DNA of 64,000 nt, taken from contig NC_058368.1 of assembly GCF_018350175.1 (NCBI RefSeq), positions 111,106,001 to 111,170,000 of the forward strand, written 5' to 3'. The DNA comes from Felis catus (taxonomy: Eukaryota). The notes beneath the pieces were generated by a model. It worked only from the letters and a program-made list of their open reading frames with translations, had not been told where the DNA came from and did not search any database. The number at the start of each line of letters is the position of its first letter. Positions within the stretch are counted from its first letter, which is position 1. Both the position numbers and the translations under genes were made by a program. Below are positions 36,726-50,072 of the stretch, one piece after another.

Positions 36726-38189
36726 GTGGGCAGACATGGGGATGGGGCAGCCCTGGATAAGAGGGTCTGCTACCAGAACTCTGGTAGCAGAGCACTGGGA
36801 AAGAAGGCCACAGGTTTGCATAAAAAGGGATATCTCACGTGGCACCAGAGAAGAACTGGGGCAGCGACCCACAGAGAGCTTTGCCTGTGGACTTGGACAG
36901 AACTCAGGTGGTAGTTTCTATGGGTAAATGGGATTATGGACACTGGGGGATCCAGGTGGTAAGTCTGAGAGCTGGGCAGATGCCAGGCCACGGAGTAGAG
37001 GTGAAAGCGTATTGTGGGTCCTTCCAAATCCAGGCAGTGGTTCCAACCAGTGTCATACCCCCTGTTTAAAACAAAAATAAGCCAGCTGACCTAAAAGGAA
37101 ATCAGGCAATCAGGCAGAGAGCTCATTAGAAGTGGATAGCTAACTGGCTGGGATGGAAGGGTCAGCCTGGGTCTGAGTCTGGGTGGGGGGGGGACTGTGG
37201 GCAACAGGCTTTGCCCACTCTGAGTTAGAAGAAACCCTGGGCTCCTGGAAGGTCATGGTCTTTTATTTGAAATATGAAATGCTGACATTCACCAGAGTTT
37301 CTGACCCAGCCCTGCTGTGTTCCTGGACTCAGAATAAAGCCCCACTCTGATGCTGCCTTTGCCTGGAAGCAAGCCAGGTGGCCCTGTCAGCAGATGCCCC
37401 TCCCCTTAGTGGGCTTCTAGTCTGAATGTTCTTGCAGGGACCCACATTGTGGGCTTCTGTGGTGATAGTGATTGTGTTGACAGTGGTATCTTTCTCCCAG
37501 ATCAACATCTTGAAAGCTGGGACTACCTCCAAGATCCCAGATCAACATCTTGAAAGCTGGGACTACCAGGGTCCAAGTGTACCCTGGGCTGGGCACAGCG
37601 GAGACAGGCAGAACCAACAAGGATTTCTCCCCACCGTGGAGGCCCTTTGGTTTAGGACCTCTGGACAGGAGCCCTTCCTCTATCTTCAGACATGGGCAGT
37701 AGGGAGGCCAATGCACCCTCTGGGTCTAAGAGGTGGGCTGTGCCCAGAAGACTTAGGCATGGTTGTTGGTTTCTCCCCATAGGAGGGATAGGAAGAGCTA
37801 AATAAAGGCACATCCCTATTGGCCAGGAAAGCTCTGGAAGCCCCCAAGAAAAAATGCTGCTTTGGGGTATTTACTTGTTGCCCAGAAACATAAATTAAAT
37901 ATATACATGTTATAATAAGTAATCTTTGTGCACACACACACACGTACACAGTTACACAGACTGCTGTGCACTCTCATACACAGTCACAGTTTAAGACTAG
38001 TCACAGGTGAGGAAACGCTAACACACTCAGTGGTCAGCCTGGGATAGTCATGAAGGTCTTGTGATTCAGGGGCTCTCCCATTGCCCTGTGCACACACTGC
38101 CTGGTTTCAGCAGACACCTCCCATTTGGGGGATCCCTAGAGGCAGGCTGGGGATGAGAGGCCTGATGCAGCTCCCTGTGTCCTGCCTAG

Positions 38190-38306
38190 GTCAGCATCGG
38201 GTGCCCTGAGAAGATGGAGCCCATCACCAAGATCTCACATATCCCAGCCAGTCGCTGGGCTCTGTCGTGCAGCCTTTGCAAGGAGTGCACAGGCACCTGC
38301 ATCCAG
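38190..38306 (+). CDS. JADE2: JADE2 coding exon 7 ([39 protein letters not shown]), start of PHD2
   Basis: cctgcctag acceptor, CAG|gtatgt donor; 117 nt. Confidence 0.97.
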
Positions 38307-38734
38307 GTATGTGGCCCGTTCACCTGCTGTCGCCCAGGAGGTCTCCTGCGTATACCATCTGCGTAGAGGGGTGCTTCTGGGACCCTCTGGAAAACACACA
38401 GCTGCCACCACCCCCACCCTACTCCCATAGTGCTATAGACAGAACCACTGATGGGCCATGGAGGCCTGGGACTGGAGCCAGACTCAGAACCTCACCTGAG
38501 AGGCATTCCTCCATCCCCAGTCCCTCTGGGCATGGGGTAGAGTGCAGGAGCAAAGGCTCACCACATCACTGCATTCCGAAGGATTCTGGCTTTCCCAAAG
38601 AGCGACTGTCTTTGGGGTTAATAAATACAATGACCTCACATCTGACATCAAACATGTGGGAGGGGTAGGAAACACTTTTCGTCCAGCTGAGCTAATAGGC
38701 TCTCCCCAAACAGGACAGGGCTGCACCAGTCTTT

Positions 38735-38905
38735 CCACAGCATTGGTTCCCACATTCTGGTGTGCGTCAGTAATACCTGGAGAGCTTGTTAAAACACGCA
38801 TTTCTGGGCCTATCCCCAGAGGTCCTGTTTCAGTAGATCAAGAATGGGCTGAGAATTTGCTTTTCCAGCAAGTTCCCAGGTGACCCAATGCTGCTGGTCT
38901 ACAGG
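38735..38905. mobile_element. MER5A-like hAT-Charlie MITE
   Basis: cctggagagcttgttaaaacac...ctgggcc...gagaatttgcttttccagcaagttcccaggtga...gctgctggtc. Confidence 0.7.
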
Positions 38906-39569
38906 CTGGAAAGTGGGGGTCATCCTTTGTCCTTCTTTCTCTAGCAACAGTTGTCATTGCAAACACTAGATGTGCCTCCACCCATTTGTAAGACTTTCAA
39001 AATGACTTGTGAGTGCGACATAAGTGGTCGTTAATAGTTGGGTGGGGTATTCCTGAAACATTTATCAGTTGATCACAGCCATCATCCAAGGCTGTGAGGG
39101 AGGAGCAGTCCCTGAGTCGGCCCTAGCTGCCTGGACAAGAAAAGGAAGGGATCCCTGTCCAGCACCTCTTCCCAGAGGACAAAGGAGGGACATGATTCCC
39201 CATCTAAGATGATGTTGCAGAAAGGAGGCAGTGACCCACCACCAGCCTTTTTTTTGATGCCTCTTGTTCCAAAGTCATTTTGCCCACATAGTTATGCAGC
39301 TTAATCCCCAAAGGATTGTCAAATCACCTGACCATTTCCCCAGGATATATGGGGCTGAAACCCATTTCCTCTCAGGCTCCCCCAGAGTTCCCCCTTCCCA
39401 CATACCACAGCTCCTTCCATACCCACAGGATGTTGGGGGTCCATGCCATTTTATATAGGGTCTCACCAGCATCCTGGGTTCTCAGTGGAACCCTGGAGAG
39501 TGGCCTACATCCTTCTTCCTTCCTACCAGGGCTCCCTCATGCCTGATATTTCCCCTCCTCTCCTTCTAG

Positions 39570-40034
39570 TGCTCCATGCCTTCCTGTGTCACAGCATTTC
39601 ACGTCACATGCGCCTTTGACCATGGCCTGGAAATGCGGACTATATTAGCGGACAATGACGAGGTCAAGTTCAAGTCATTCTGCCAGGAGCACAGTGACGG
39701 GGGTCCTCGGGGTGAGCCCACTTCTGATCCCGTGGAGCCCAGCTCAGCTGGTGAGGACCTGGAGAAGGTGACCCTACGCAAACAGCGGCTGCAGCAGCTA
39801 GAGGAAGACTTCTACGAGCTGGTGGAGCCCGCTGAGGTGGCTGAGCGGCTGGAGCTAGCTGAGGCGCTGGTTGACTTTATCTACCAGTACTGGAAACTGA
39901 AGAGGAAAGCCAACGCCAATCAGCCACTGCTGACCCCCAAGACTGACGAGGTGGACAACCTGGCCCAGCAGGAGCAGGACGTCCTATACCGCCGCCTGAA
40001 GCTCTTCACACACCTGCGGCAGGACTTGGAGAGG
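39570..40034 (+). CDS. JADE2: JADE2 coding exon 8 ([16 protein letters not shown]...[11 protein letters not shown])
   Basis: ccttctag acceptor, AGG|gtgagt donor; 465 nt; matches ORF 39576-40151 up to DLER. Confidence 0.98.
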
Positions 40035-43000
40035 GTGAGTCCCCCTGTCACTTTTCCACCTGCCGGCCTGTCTGGTGGGCATCCTAGGAGGTCTTTGCAC
40101 CCCATGTACACCGCCCTGCAGCAGCCATGGCTCTCCAACTCCAAATGGTGATGTCTGGCCAAGGGGCTGAGGGCTTCCAGTTTCCTGACAAGGTGGGGGT
40201 AACTTATACTATGCAGAACAGGGAAGCCTCTAGCCCTTGGATCTCTGAGCCCTTCTTGTCCCAACCCTTTTATGGGCCTGAATGGTAGGGGCCCTGCTGT
40301 GTTCCTGAGGCTCTAGGGCATCAGACCTGGGGCACAACCCAGGCTTCGAGCTTCTATTGGTTTCTGTCCCCATTTGTAGCCTGTTCCCAACACATGAACT
40401 TCAGCTTGGAATCAGGCAGGGGAGAAACTGGGAATTGCAGCAAGTTGTATCAGCCCACTAGGCATGTTCTGGACCAGGGCAAGGAAAACAGGTATTAACG
40501 TGGGGCGTGGGGGCATATGGATGGGCTGGAGACACAGTCAGCCTGTGTGGAGTAGAAGGATGAAGCTGAGTGGGTAGACCAAAGTGTGTGTGGAAGCTGC
40601 AGGATGTTTTAAGCAGGGACTGTCCCTCTGGCTGCAACTTCCAGTCACTGGGTCTACGGTGGATGGGTTGGCTGAAACTACCCCCAGCTGTGTACTAAGG
40701 AGATCAGTGGTCTTGGCTTGGTCCAAGGTGGTAGTTCTGGGAGCAGAGTAAGATGAGGAGACACCATGGCTTTGGGGTGAGCTGTGGTGGTTAAGGGATA
40801 GTGAGAGTTGCTTTCTGCCTAGAGCATGGGAGCCCCCAAAAGGTTCCATTCCCTCCTACTACCCCAGAAGAAAAGATGAGGAAATTACACCTTCCACGGA
40901 GAATACGCTTGAACTTGACTTTACTTTCCCACTGTGTTTCCTCCAACGCATAAAGTACTACCACCAAGTTGGAGGCAATCTAAAGATGAAACCAGATATT
41001 CTCTGAACCCCAGGTGCTGTTTTAGGGACATTCAGTTCTGGGGTTCGAGAGCACATGGGATCATGTCATAATGTCTTTCATGCATGAGCACAGACACACG
41101 TCTGTCCTTTCCCCAGTCCTTGTAAGGAAACAATCCTGAGTGAAAGCATTGATGGGGCTTTGTATGACCCGAGGCAGCTGTTTTTCTTATGTCCATCTCG
41201 TTGGCAAGTCTGTAAAATGGGTAGAACAACTTCACGGATGTTGTGCCGTGTTGAAGGGAACCTGAGGTGGAGCCTCTGAAACTGGACCTGGCTTCCCCAG
41301 TCTCCTTCAGCCGTACTCCTCTGCCCTGAGGCCTGGTCAGGGGGAAGTGACCCCGATGGCCTGAGAGGGAACCTTACCGCCTGGCAGCCAGCCTGCCACC
41401 AGATCAGAAGGGGGAGGTGGAGAGTGGGGACACCAGATGTCCCTGGCTCCAGCCAGGGCAGAGAACAAGGCCATCTACATTGCAGCCCCTACTTCCTGGG
41501 CAGCCCAGCCTCCTGTGTCATGTGGCAGTGGCATCAGGTACATTCGGACATCGAGTACTTTCAGAGACCAAAGCTGCATCCAGAGTTGTCCTCAGGCCAC
41601 CTCTGAGTCTGCAGGCTCCAGGCCTCCAGTGCAAACACCCTGCTTTTACTCCTGCTGTTCTCCAAAAGACCCCTCAAGTCTGACCTCCCTGGTCCTGCTG
41701 GTCAGCCCACTGGCTCCGCCTGGACAATGCACGGAGGCCAGAGGGCAGGGTTACTTATTTAATCATTATCTTGAAAGTAGAGGCAAAGTAGATTCTCCTG
41801 GCCCTAATGAGCAGGTGAAGAAACTAGGGCTCTCGAAAATGAATGACAGAAAGTGTTAGAGGAATGTGTGTTTTCTAGGGTTTGAGTTGCATTTGGGCTT
41901 GGATGGGGGATGGGGTTTGTCACCAGGAGAAATGTTGGCTTAACCTCCTATTCTGTACATTTCCTGAGCAAAAGCATCCCCCACCCTCTTGCCTTCATTG
42001 TCAGCTGGTACAAATGTGGCTAAGGGGCCAAGGTCAAGGGCTAGGATGCCAGCAACTTCCCAGGCAACCAGAGCTGCCATGCAGAGAGGCCTCTGGTGGG
42101 ACTCTCCGCAGTCAGGTGTGAACCAACCCACTCTTCCTCCAGGAAGAGGAGACAGGGCCGACTTTGAAGGGGTGCTGGCTGAGAGTGAGGCAAGGGCGTG
42201 TGCAGCCCTGGTAAGCTGTGGAGAGTCAGAGAGCCCTGTGCCAGCTTGATCCCCTCCAGGTCTAGCCTCAGGGCCTTTCAGAGCCGCGTTGGTGGCTTGC
42301 TTGAGTGAACAGGGCTGAGAGCTCCGCCACAGGGGAGGCTTTCTGCAGAGACCCATGACTGTTGGTGGCCTGGTCGTGGCCCAGTGCCAACGGCCAAGAG
42401 TATCCAGCCTCTGACTGGGCACCAGGCCAGCTTGGGCTGGATTCATCAGGGAGGCAAAGTCGGGGTTGAGACTGATGCCTTGGGCAGTTGTGGGTTTGCA
42501 TTCAGTTCCAGCATTTCCCGGCTCTGTGCCTTCTGAGTTTCAGTTTCCTTTCTGTAAAATGGGAATAAGGAGCCAGCTGACCTTGGAGTCACAGTGGTGA
42601 TGGGAGCACAGTGACCTCTGCTGTTCATCGTGGTTATTGTTGCTGTTCTGGCTCTTAGAAGAGTGGGCTGCTTGCAGAGAGGGGCTCCGTGGAGGACTGA
42701 AAGCGTGAGCCCAGTGCTAGGACCTGGGAATGAAATAGGGTATCTTCCCTGATCGACGTGTCCCCCCGAGGCCAGGCAAGAGGTTTGCTGAGAGAGGCAG
42801 AAGGCAGGGCCACGCTGCTGCCACTAGCCTGAAGTCCCACTTTATGGTCAGCCTTTATGTGTTTTCCTTAAACTTCAGCCGCCGGCCTTGGCCCCAGCAG
42901 GCAGCTCAGGAAGGCATGGCCACTGCTGTCTCCCAGAGTTATTCACAGCTGACAAAAAAATTGCGGTGCTGATGAGCAGCCTGTCAAACGCCGACTGGTG

Positions 43001-44655
43001 TCCCCTAGCAACCGTGCTGGCAGTTCGGGCTGTGCAGGGCCTCTGTGCCTGTGGCTCTGGATCCAGTTACCAGGAGTTTACTCAAGAGCATGACCCGGCC
43101 TGGGAGGGTGGGGGCAGCTCTCAGACATCTGCCCCCCTCCCTGAGGAGGGACATGTGGGATCTTCTCAAGGCCCTATTTCTTCTACCAAGGAGAAGACCT
43201 TGCCCTCCCCATACTTGCCACCCACCTGCTTCCTTGTCAGGTTGGTCATACCCCATTTACTCTGTCCTCAGTGCCCAAATCATGTTCTTCTTGGCCTCCC
43301 ACCAAAGCCTACCTTGTCCAAGGCAGCCTTGGCTTCCAGAACTCTGGCTCCTCAGCCCCCATAGCTCCCATATCTAGAATGTTTCCAACCCATTAGTGTC
43401 TGCATCTCACTGAAACCTAGTCGCCACCTCAAAGTGCTCCCTCATCAGTAACCCTGTATCCTCAAATCCCCCTTCCTACTCAGCCTTCTGTTTCCCTGCT
43501 CAGCACCCCCTCCAGGCTTCCCACTCTTCACTGTCCCTGTTTTCTTCACCCCCACCCCATGTGGCATTATTAGCTCACTGCCTATGCCCTTATCCCTGTG
43601 TGAAGGCCACATACCTGGCAGAGCCTTACCTGGTAGGAATCCTATAGTGGTGAGTGGATAAACCCCACCAAGGTTCCTGTCAGCCAGCCTTGTTCTGGGA
43701 CATTCTAGACTCCCCAGCCTATCACCTGTCTGCACCCTGGCTCCACCTCCCTCAAGTCTCCCCCTTCTGGGCCCTCAGTCTTACCTCCGGTTCATCAGAC
43801 CAGACCCCTCCAGCTTCTCACCTGTAAAGCCCTCCCTATCGATTTTCTGCCCTTTTTCCCCCATTCCCCCTTCCCCCAGCACACACCCTGCAGCAAGGGA
43901 GTTGGCCTTCCCTTCATGCCTGCTCAGTCTCCCAGATTTGAATCTATTTCACCTTCTGCCATCTCCAAAAGCACATCCTCCTTCCATGTGTCCTTCCAGG
44001 CATGGGGCCCTCTGCCCTAACCCCCATCTGTCCCTTCCTGTCTTCCCTCACTGCTTCCCACTCCGGCCAGGCTCCTGCCACTACCATCTACTAGGGCCAC
44101 CAACACTTCCCATCACCTACATCCAGTGGCCACTTCTCCATCCTCATCCTTCTCAGCAGTGGTTACCACAGTCAGACATGCCTTTGGTATTGAAATACGT
44201 TTTGTGTGGATGCTTTGACCAGACCCCCCCTTAATACCCTCCCGTCCTCTGCTCTCTCTGAGCGCTCCCTGTCCCCAGTGATCATCAGTTCACCACACTC
44301 AGTCTGACCTCTCAGCGGTCTGCTCCACAACTCTGCTCCCCATCAGGAGGCTGATCCATCCCACACTCCTTTCTGAACTCCAGCCTCTCGTGCCCAACAG
44401 GCCCATAGGTCCAAGCCTGTCCCCCACAATCTCCCTAGTCTCCACAAATGCCCAACACTAGTCCAGTCTAGCTCAGGATAACTGGCTGGGAGCCCTCCCT
44501 GGCCCTCCAACCTCCTCACCCACATTCAGGCTCACTCTGTAAAACTTACTGATAACAAAACAATTTCCTCAAAATGTAAAGCCTACTTTTATTACCAATC
44601 TGTAGTTTGGGGGGACTTTGCTACTTGATTCATCTTTTTTTACTCTGATTTTTTT

Positions 44656-44845
44656 TAATGTTTAGTTATTTTTGAGAGACAGAGAGCACATGTGCAAGAG
44701 GGGGCAGAGAGAGAAAGGGACAGAGGATCTCAAGTGGTCTCTGAGCTGTTAGCACAGAGCCGGATGTGGGGCCCAAACTACAAACCATGAGGTCGTGACC
44801 TGAGCTGAAGTCGGACGCTCAACCAACTGAGCCCCCTGGCACCCC
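44656..44845 (-). mobile_element. Can-SINE
   Basis: TSD actctgattttttt at 44642 and 44846; typical body. Confidence 0.9.
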
Positions 44846-45747
44846 ACTCTGATTTTTTTAAAGAGAACTTCCTATGTTTATAATCAGAAAAAACAATAAT
44901 GACAAGTGCCAGGAACCTAATAACCTGGATGAACTTCTAAGGTGATATTAATACTTCGTCCCCAAAAGCCATCACAGAAGTGGAACTCCACAACATTCAG
45001 TAACATGTAGCTATGTAACCAACAGTCTTGCGAGAAATTAGAGAAGTCATCGATGGTTCCAGGGTGAGGTGGGAACAAGTGGTCACATCATGACCAGTGT
45101 ACCAACCACAGAAGGTGGGTACTGTTGGGATTCTCACAGAAAGAAGCATTCCTATCTTGCCTAGCAGGAATCTCCAGATGGTACTGATTGTGTCATGCAT
45201 CTTATCAGGAAAAACATGGAGCATTTACCTGCAATATATTGTATTTTTCATGCCTCATTCATATCTACAACTGTATATCATGAAACAAACATAGTCAGAA
45301 TTTCTAACTGGATCAAAAAATATACCAGTACTTGCTTTAATATTTCCTTCCTGTGCCGTAATGAACTATCTAGCCTATACAGCTCGCTTTGGAGGCCCCT
45401 GGCCTAGGGCAGTAATTCTCAGATTATGTAGTGCTGTATAAAATCTGTTTGAGGACACAACCACCAGAGACTTTCACACTCCCCCAAGCCTGGGAATTTG
45501 TGTTTCTAACCAGCCACCCAAGGGATCTTGATGCCAGTAATTCATTTGGGTTTGCTGTGAGAAACCTTTTTGTGAAGTTTCAGATGAAAGAACAAAAAAT
45601 AAATAAAATAAAAATCTGTATTTTAATAGAAAGTGATGAAGTAAGTAGTGGTTTCTTTGAAGGGGACTCTGCACCTCTAAAGCTCATGTCATTGTTAAGG
45701 ATTAACGTTAGAGTGAGTTCAATGGTGGAATGTTTGGGAAATTTTTT

Positions 45748-45948
45748 TTTTTTTTTTTTTGGGGGGACAGAGAGAGACAGAGCATGAACGTGGGAGGGGC
45801 AGAGAGAGAGGGAGACACAGAATCTGAAACAGGCTCCAGGCTCCGAGCCATCAACCCAGAGCCTGATGCGGGGCTCGAACTCACGGACCGCAAGATCGTG
45901 ACCTGGCTGAAGTCGGACGCTTAACCGACTGCGCCATCCAGGCGCCCC
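45748..45948 (-). mobile_element. Young SINEC_Fc-type Can-SINE
   Basis: Reverse complement ggggcgcctggatggcgcagtcggttaagcgtccgacttcagccaggtcacg...ctctgggttgatggctcggagcc; perfect TSD gggaaatttttt at 45736 and 45949. Confidence 0.95.
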
Positions 45949-46177
45949 GGGAAATTTTTTAAAAGCTGGACTTTGAACTGTTTTTAGGTTTGATGTATTG
46001 ACTGGTTTGTTTTGAGGCCTTCAAAGTCATGAGTCTGTCTACCTCTCTTCACCCCCATGGTCCCCATGCACACGAAGCCATGTGACTCCCAGGAGGGAAG
46101 CAGACCAGGTTTCAGGGAGAATAATGCTGAGCTGCTTAGATGCAGTGGACAGGGAAGGAAGGCCTTCTGGAGGTTCC

Positions 46178-46385
46178 TTTTTTTTATTATTTTTTTTTTT
46201 TTTTGAGAGAGAGAGACAGAGTGCTAGCAGGGGAGGGGCAGAGAGAGAGGCAGACACAGAATTTGAAGCAGGCTCCAGGCTCAGAGCTGTCAGCACAGAG
46301 CCTGACACAGGGCTTGGACTCACGAACGGTGAGATCAAACCTGAGCTGAAGTCGTATGCTTAACCTACTGAGCCACCCGGGTGCC
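46178..46385 (-). mobile_element. Can-SINE
   Basis: T tail, (GA)n, gaagcaggctccaggctcagagctgtcagcacagagcc body. Confidence 0.9.
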
Positions 46386-46387
46386 AT

Positions 46388-46728
46388 AAAATATGTTTTC
46401 TTACAGTTCTAGAGACCAGAAATCCAAGATCAAGATGTTGGCAATGTTGATTCTGTCTAGAGACTCTGAGGGAGGATCTGTTCCGAGCCTCTCTCCTGGC
46501 TTCTGATTGCCAGCAACCCTTAGCATTTCTTGACTTGTAGACCCATGATTCCATCTCTGTCTGTGTTGTTACATACCATTCTCTCTATATGTGTCTTCAC
46601 ATAGCCTTTTATGAGGACACCAGTCATTGGATTTAGGGCTCATTAATATGTGGTATGACCTCATCATAATTGATTATATCTGAGGTTCCAGGTAGACAAA
46701 ATTTGGCAGGAGGCACTGTTCAACCCAG
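46388..46728 (-). mobile_element. MaLR LTR fragment (MLT1-like)
   Basis: cttacagttctagagaccagaaatccaagatcaag...aggacaccagtcattggatttaggg...cactgttcaaccca are characteristic antisense MLT1 phrases. Confidence 0.8.
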
Positions 46729-48702
46729 GAGGGAAAACAGTGGAAGTGTTAACAGGGGGAGGATTTACATTTCAAGAAGATGATCTGGGATAGCAGAGGG
46801 GCCAGAATGCCTACTTATCCAGATGGAGCCAGTGCAGGTGACCAGGAAATGGAGGGAGCTGATGGGAAAGAGTTATGTTCATTAGGGACTGATGGGGTGG
46901 CTCTGGAGGTGAGCAAGGAAGAGCTGGATCCTGAAGGGTGATGCCAGGGTCTCAGCATTTCTGCCTCACCCCACCTTACCCCCAGCTGCCCTTGGCCTAG
47001 CATTGTAGACACAGGGCCTTGCTCTGCCTCTCCCCTGCCTGGCCTTACTCTGGATCTTCATCCCCAGCTGATGCACTTCTGTGTGATCAACATCCACTCG
47101 TCCCTTTGTCCAGGAAGCCTTCTTGCCACCCCCAGGTCTGGGTCAGGGCTGCCTGGTCCTGTCAGTACTTGCTCTGCATCTCTCTGCCCTGCTGGGCAGC
47201 AAGCCCTCAGAAAAAAGGGACCTGATGGCATTGCCCACTGCTTCGCCAGGGCGAACACCATGTGAGTTCCCAGAGCTGAAGCTGGTGCTTAGAGATGTGT
47301 GATTATGAGGAGCTCCTGAGGAAGTCCAGGATTTGAGAGGAAGCAACGGCTCTTAGGCTGGGGCCAGGCGGCTGCCCCTTTGGGGAGGTGTTTGCCTTGA
47401 ATGGCCATGTCTGTGGTCTAGGCTGGGTACACACATTCTAAGGGTGGAATGCTCCTTAGAGTCCATACAGAGCCTGGAGCTGACATTCTGGGATATCCTT
47501 CACCACTGAGCTCAGGAAAGAAGGGAGGACATCCATGTCCACAGAGAGGTGTGATCACAGCTACCCCCAGGCCAGGAGAAATGGAAGTCATGATAACAGG
47601 CAGAGGCTCTGGAACCCATAGGTTTCTCCCAGGCAACTCAAGGTCATGCAGCCTGAACTCAGCTTTGAAGATGGAACCCATCTGCAGACGGAAGTACTGG
47701 CCTCAGCTGCACAGACCCTGGTGGAACCCAGAATTCCAGGGCACAGCTTCTGGCCATCTGTCCCTGCTTTGGAGGCTTCAACCTGAGCTAAAGACCATGG
47801 TGGAACAAGGAAATGTCTTGAGGGAGGGGCCCAGAAGTGTGATATACTCTGAGAGCAGCTGTGAGGGGATGGCACACTGGGGAAAGGCACCAGGTGGATG
47901 GGGAGCAACATGGCCCATCCTTCAGGTGCTTCCAGAACAGCTGCAGAGTGAGCTTAAGCAAACCGGTCTCCAAAGGACTAGACTCTCTTCCTAGCGGCCC
48001 TTAAGCAGTCAGAGAGGCCCCTGCCTTTCCTCCTGAGAACTTCTGTCTCAGGCTGAGTGAACATAGCCATGTGGAAGGGCCTTGGCCAGAGCAGGCATGG
48101 GCTTGGCTTAGGTCTTAGTGCAGCAAGTGGACATGGCACACTCAGCCCCAGGGGTCAGAGACTACCTGACTACTCAAAGCTGCTCTGCTGGAGCTGTTTC
48201 TTCTCTGCACCATGGCCATTTGTGTCTCAGGATAGAAGTTGGCCTTGTCATGGTGTTTTTGGCTGAGGAATATCTTTGATGGACAAGAGTCCTTGGACAG
48301 GAGGCAGAGGGATGGAATTGGTAACCTTAAAAGGCCCCACTGAGCCTGGGGGCACTGTGTAGGTAGGGGGAGGGCAGCCACAGGGCAGCATGGCAGAGTG
48401 AGCCAGGAAGTTCATGCCTAGAGAAGGCAGGTAGAGTCACCAGCCTGAGCTAACTGGATGCTCTCCCTGCCTGCTCTGGCCCAGGCCCAGTGGGAGCCGC
48501 AGAGTCAAGGCTGTGCTTGGCCTGTGTTTTGGACCAGAGAACTGTGGCTCAGGGCTGAGGACACACTCAAGGCTTGGGAATTGATTCCTAGATGTCCCAG
48601 GCAGGTTAGGCAGCAGTGCCCCCCCAACCCTCACCCCAGGGCTGGGAGGTTAGGTGTGGCTGCCCATGAGTTAAGTGGAAAACCTCTCTCTTGTCTCCTC
48701 AG

Positions 48703-48820
48703 GTTAGAAATCTGTGCTACATGGTAACAAGGCGTGAGAGAACAAAACACGCCATCTGCAAACTCCAGGAACAGATATTCCACCTACAGATGAAACTGAT
48801 TGAACAGGACCTGTGTCGAG
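48703..48820 (+). CDS. JADE2: JADE2 coding exon 9 (VRNLCYMVTRRERTKHAICKLQEQIFHLQMKLIEQDLCR)
   Basis: ctcctcag acceptor, G|gtaggc donor; 118 nt; completes the [14 protein letters not shown] motif shared by JADE/BRPF proteins. Confidence 0.97.
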
Positions 48821-49318
48821 GTAGGCATCTTCCCTGCCCCCTGCCAGCCACCGCTCAGCGTGCACACTCTCAATGGGCCAGGTCCCAAGGAGGGTTTGTG
48901 TATTCAGGTCCTAGTGGGGGCCACTGGCCCATACACAGACCTTCCAGAACCAGTTAAGTAGGCCAAGTTGGGACCTACTAGGGCCTCATTTGTATGTTGG
49001 TTGGCAAGGAGCCAGAGATGGGAATGTGGGCATCAGGCCTCTCCTGAGGGGGCTTTCTGGTCCACTGGGGATACGTAGGTAGTTCCAGGGCCATAGTGGT
49101 GCAGGAGTAGATTGCGCGTGCACAGTAGCTCTAAGCTGGTGTTGGGACAGGAAGGGGCCAGAAGCTAGAGAGCTTCCCTGAACCCCTGCGTGGCTTCATG
49201 TTGATCCTGAATCAGGCAGCTGCTCCAGAGATGGAAGAGGACCTCTGTGTTCTTTCTCTCTGACCTCATCTGATAAAATTTGGATGCCTACTAGCAGTTT
49301 TTTGTCTGTTTTCTTCTT

Positions 49319-50072
49319 TTTTTTTTAATTTTATTTTTTATTTTTTAACATTTACAACAGTGATTTCAGGAGTAGATTCCTTAGTGCCCCTTACCCATTT
49401 AGCCCATCCCCCCTCCCACAACCCCTCCAGTAACCCTCAGTTTGTTCTCCATATTTATGAGTCTCTTCTGTTTTGTCCCCCTCCCTGTTTTTATACTATT
49501 TTTGCTTCCCTTCCCTTATGTTCATCTGTTTTGTCTCTTAAAGTCCTCATATGAGTGAAGTCATATGATCTTTGTCTTTCTCTGACTGACTGATTTCACT
49601 TAGCATAATACCCTCCAGTTCCACATAGTTGCAAATGGCAAGATGTCATTCTTTTGATTGCCAAGTAATACTCCATTGTATAGATATACCACATCTTCTT
49701 TATCCATTCATCCATCGATGGACATTTGGGCTCTTTCCATACTTTGACTATTGATAGTGCTGCTATAAACAAGGGGGAGCATGTGTCCCTTTGAAACAGC
49801 ACACCTGTATCCCATGGATAAATGCCTAGTAGTCCAATTACTGGGTCGTAGGGTAGTTCTATTTTTAATTTTTTGACGAACCTCCATACTGTTTTCCAGA
49901 GTGGCTGCACCAACTTGCATTGCCACCAACAATGCAAAAGAGATCCTCTTTCTCCACATCCTCGCCAACACGTGTTGTTGCCTGAGTTGTTAACGTTAGC
50001 CATTCTGACAGGTGTTAGGTAGTATCTCATTGTGGCTTTGATTTGTATTTCCCTGATGATAAGTGATGTTGA
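49319..50072 (-). mobile_element. 5'-truncated carnivore L1
   Basis: Minus ORF 49596-50030 ([11 protein letters not shown]...[16 protein letters not shown]...WKTVWRF) is the ORF2p C-terminus; 17-bp TSD ttgtctg(t/c)tttcttctt at 49302 and 50073; highly similar to the L1 at 22.7-23.3 kb. Confidence 0.95.

Noticed and set aside
23996..37567. Short direct repeats (23996-24023, 25026-25082, 37495-37567) as a CRISPR-like array
   Set aside because: Each occurs only twice, they are unrelated to one another, and the context is mammalian intron.
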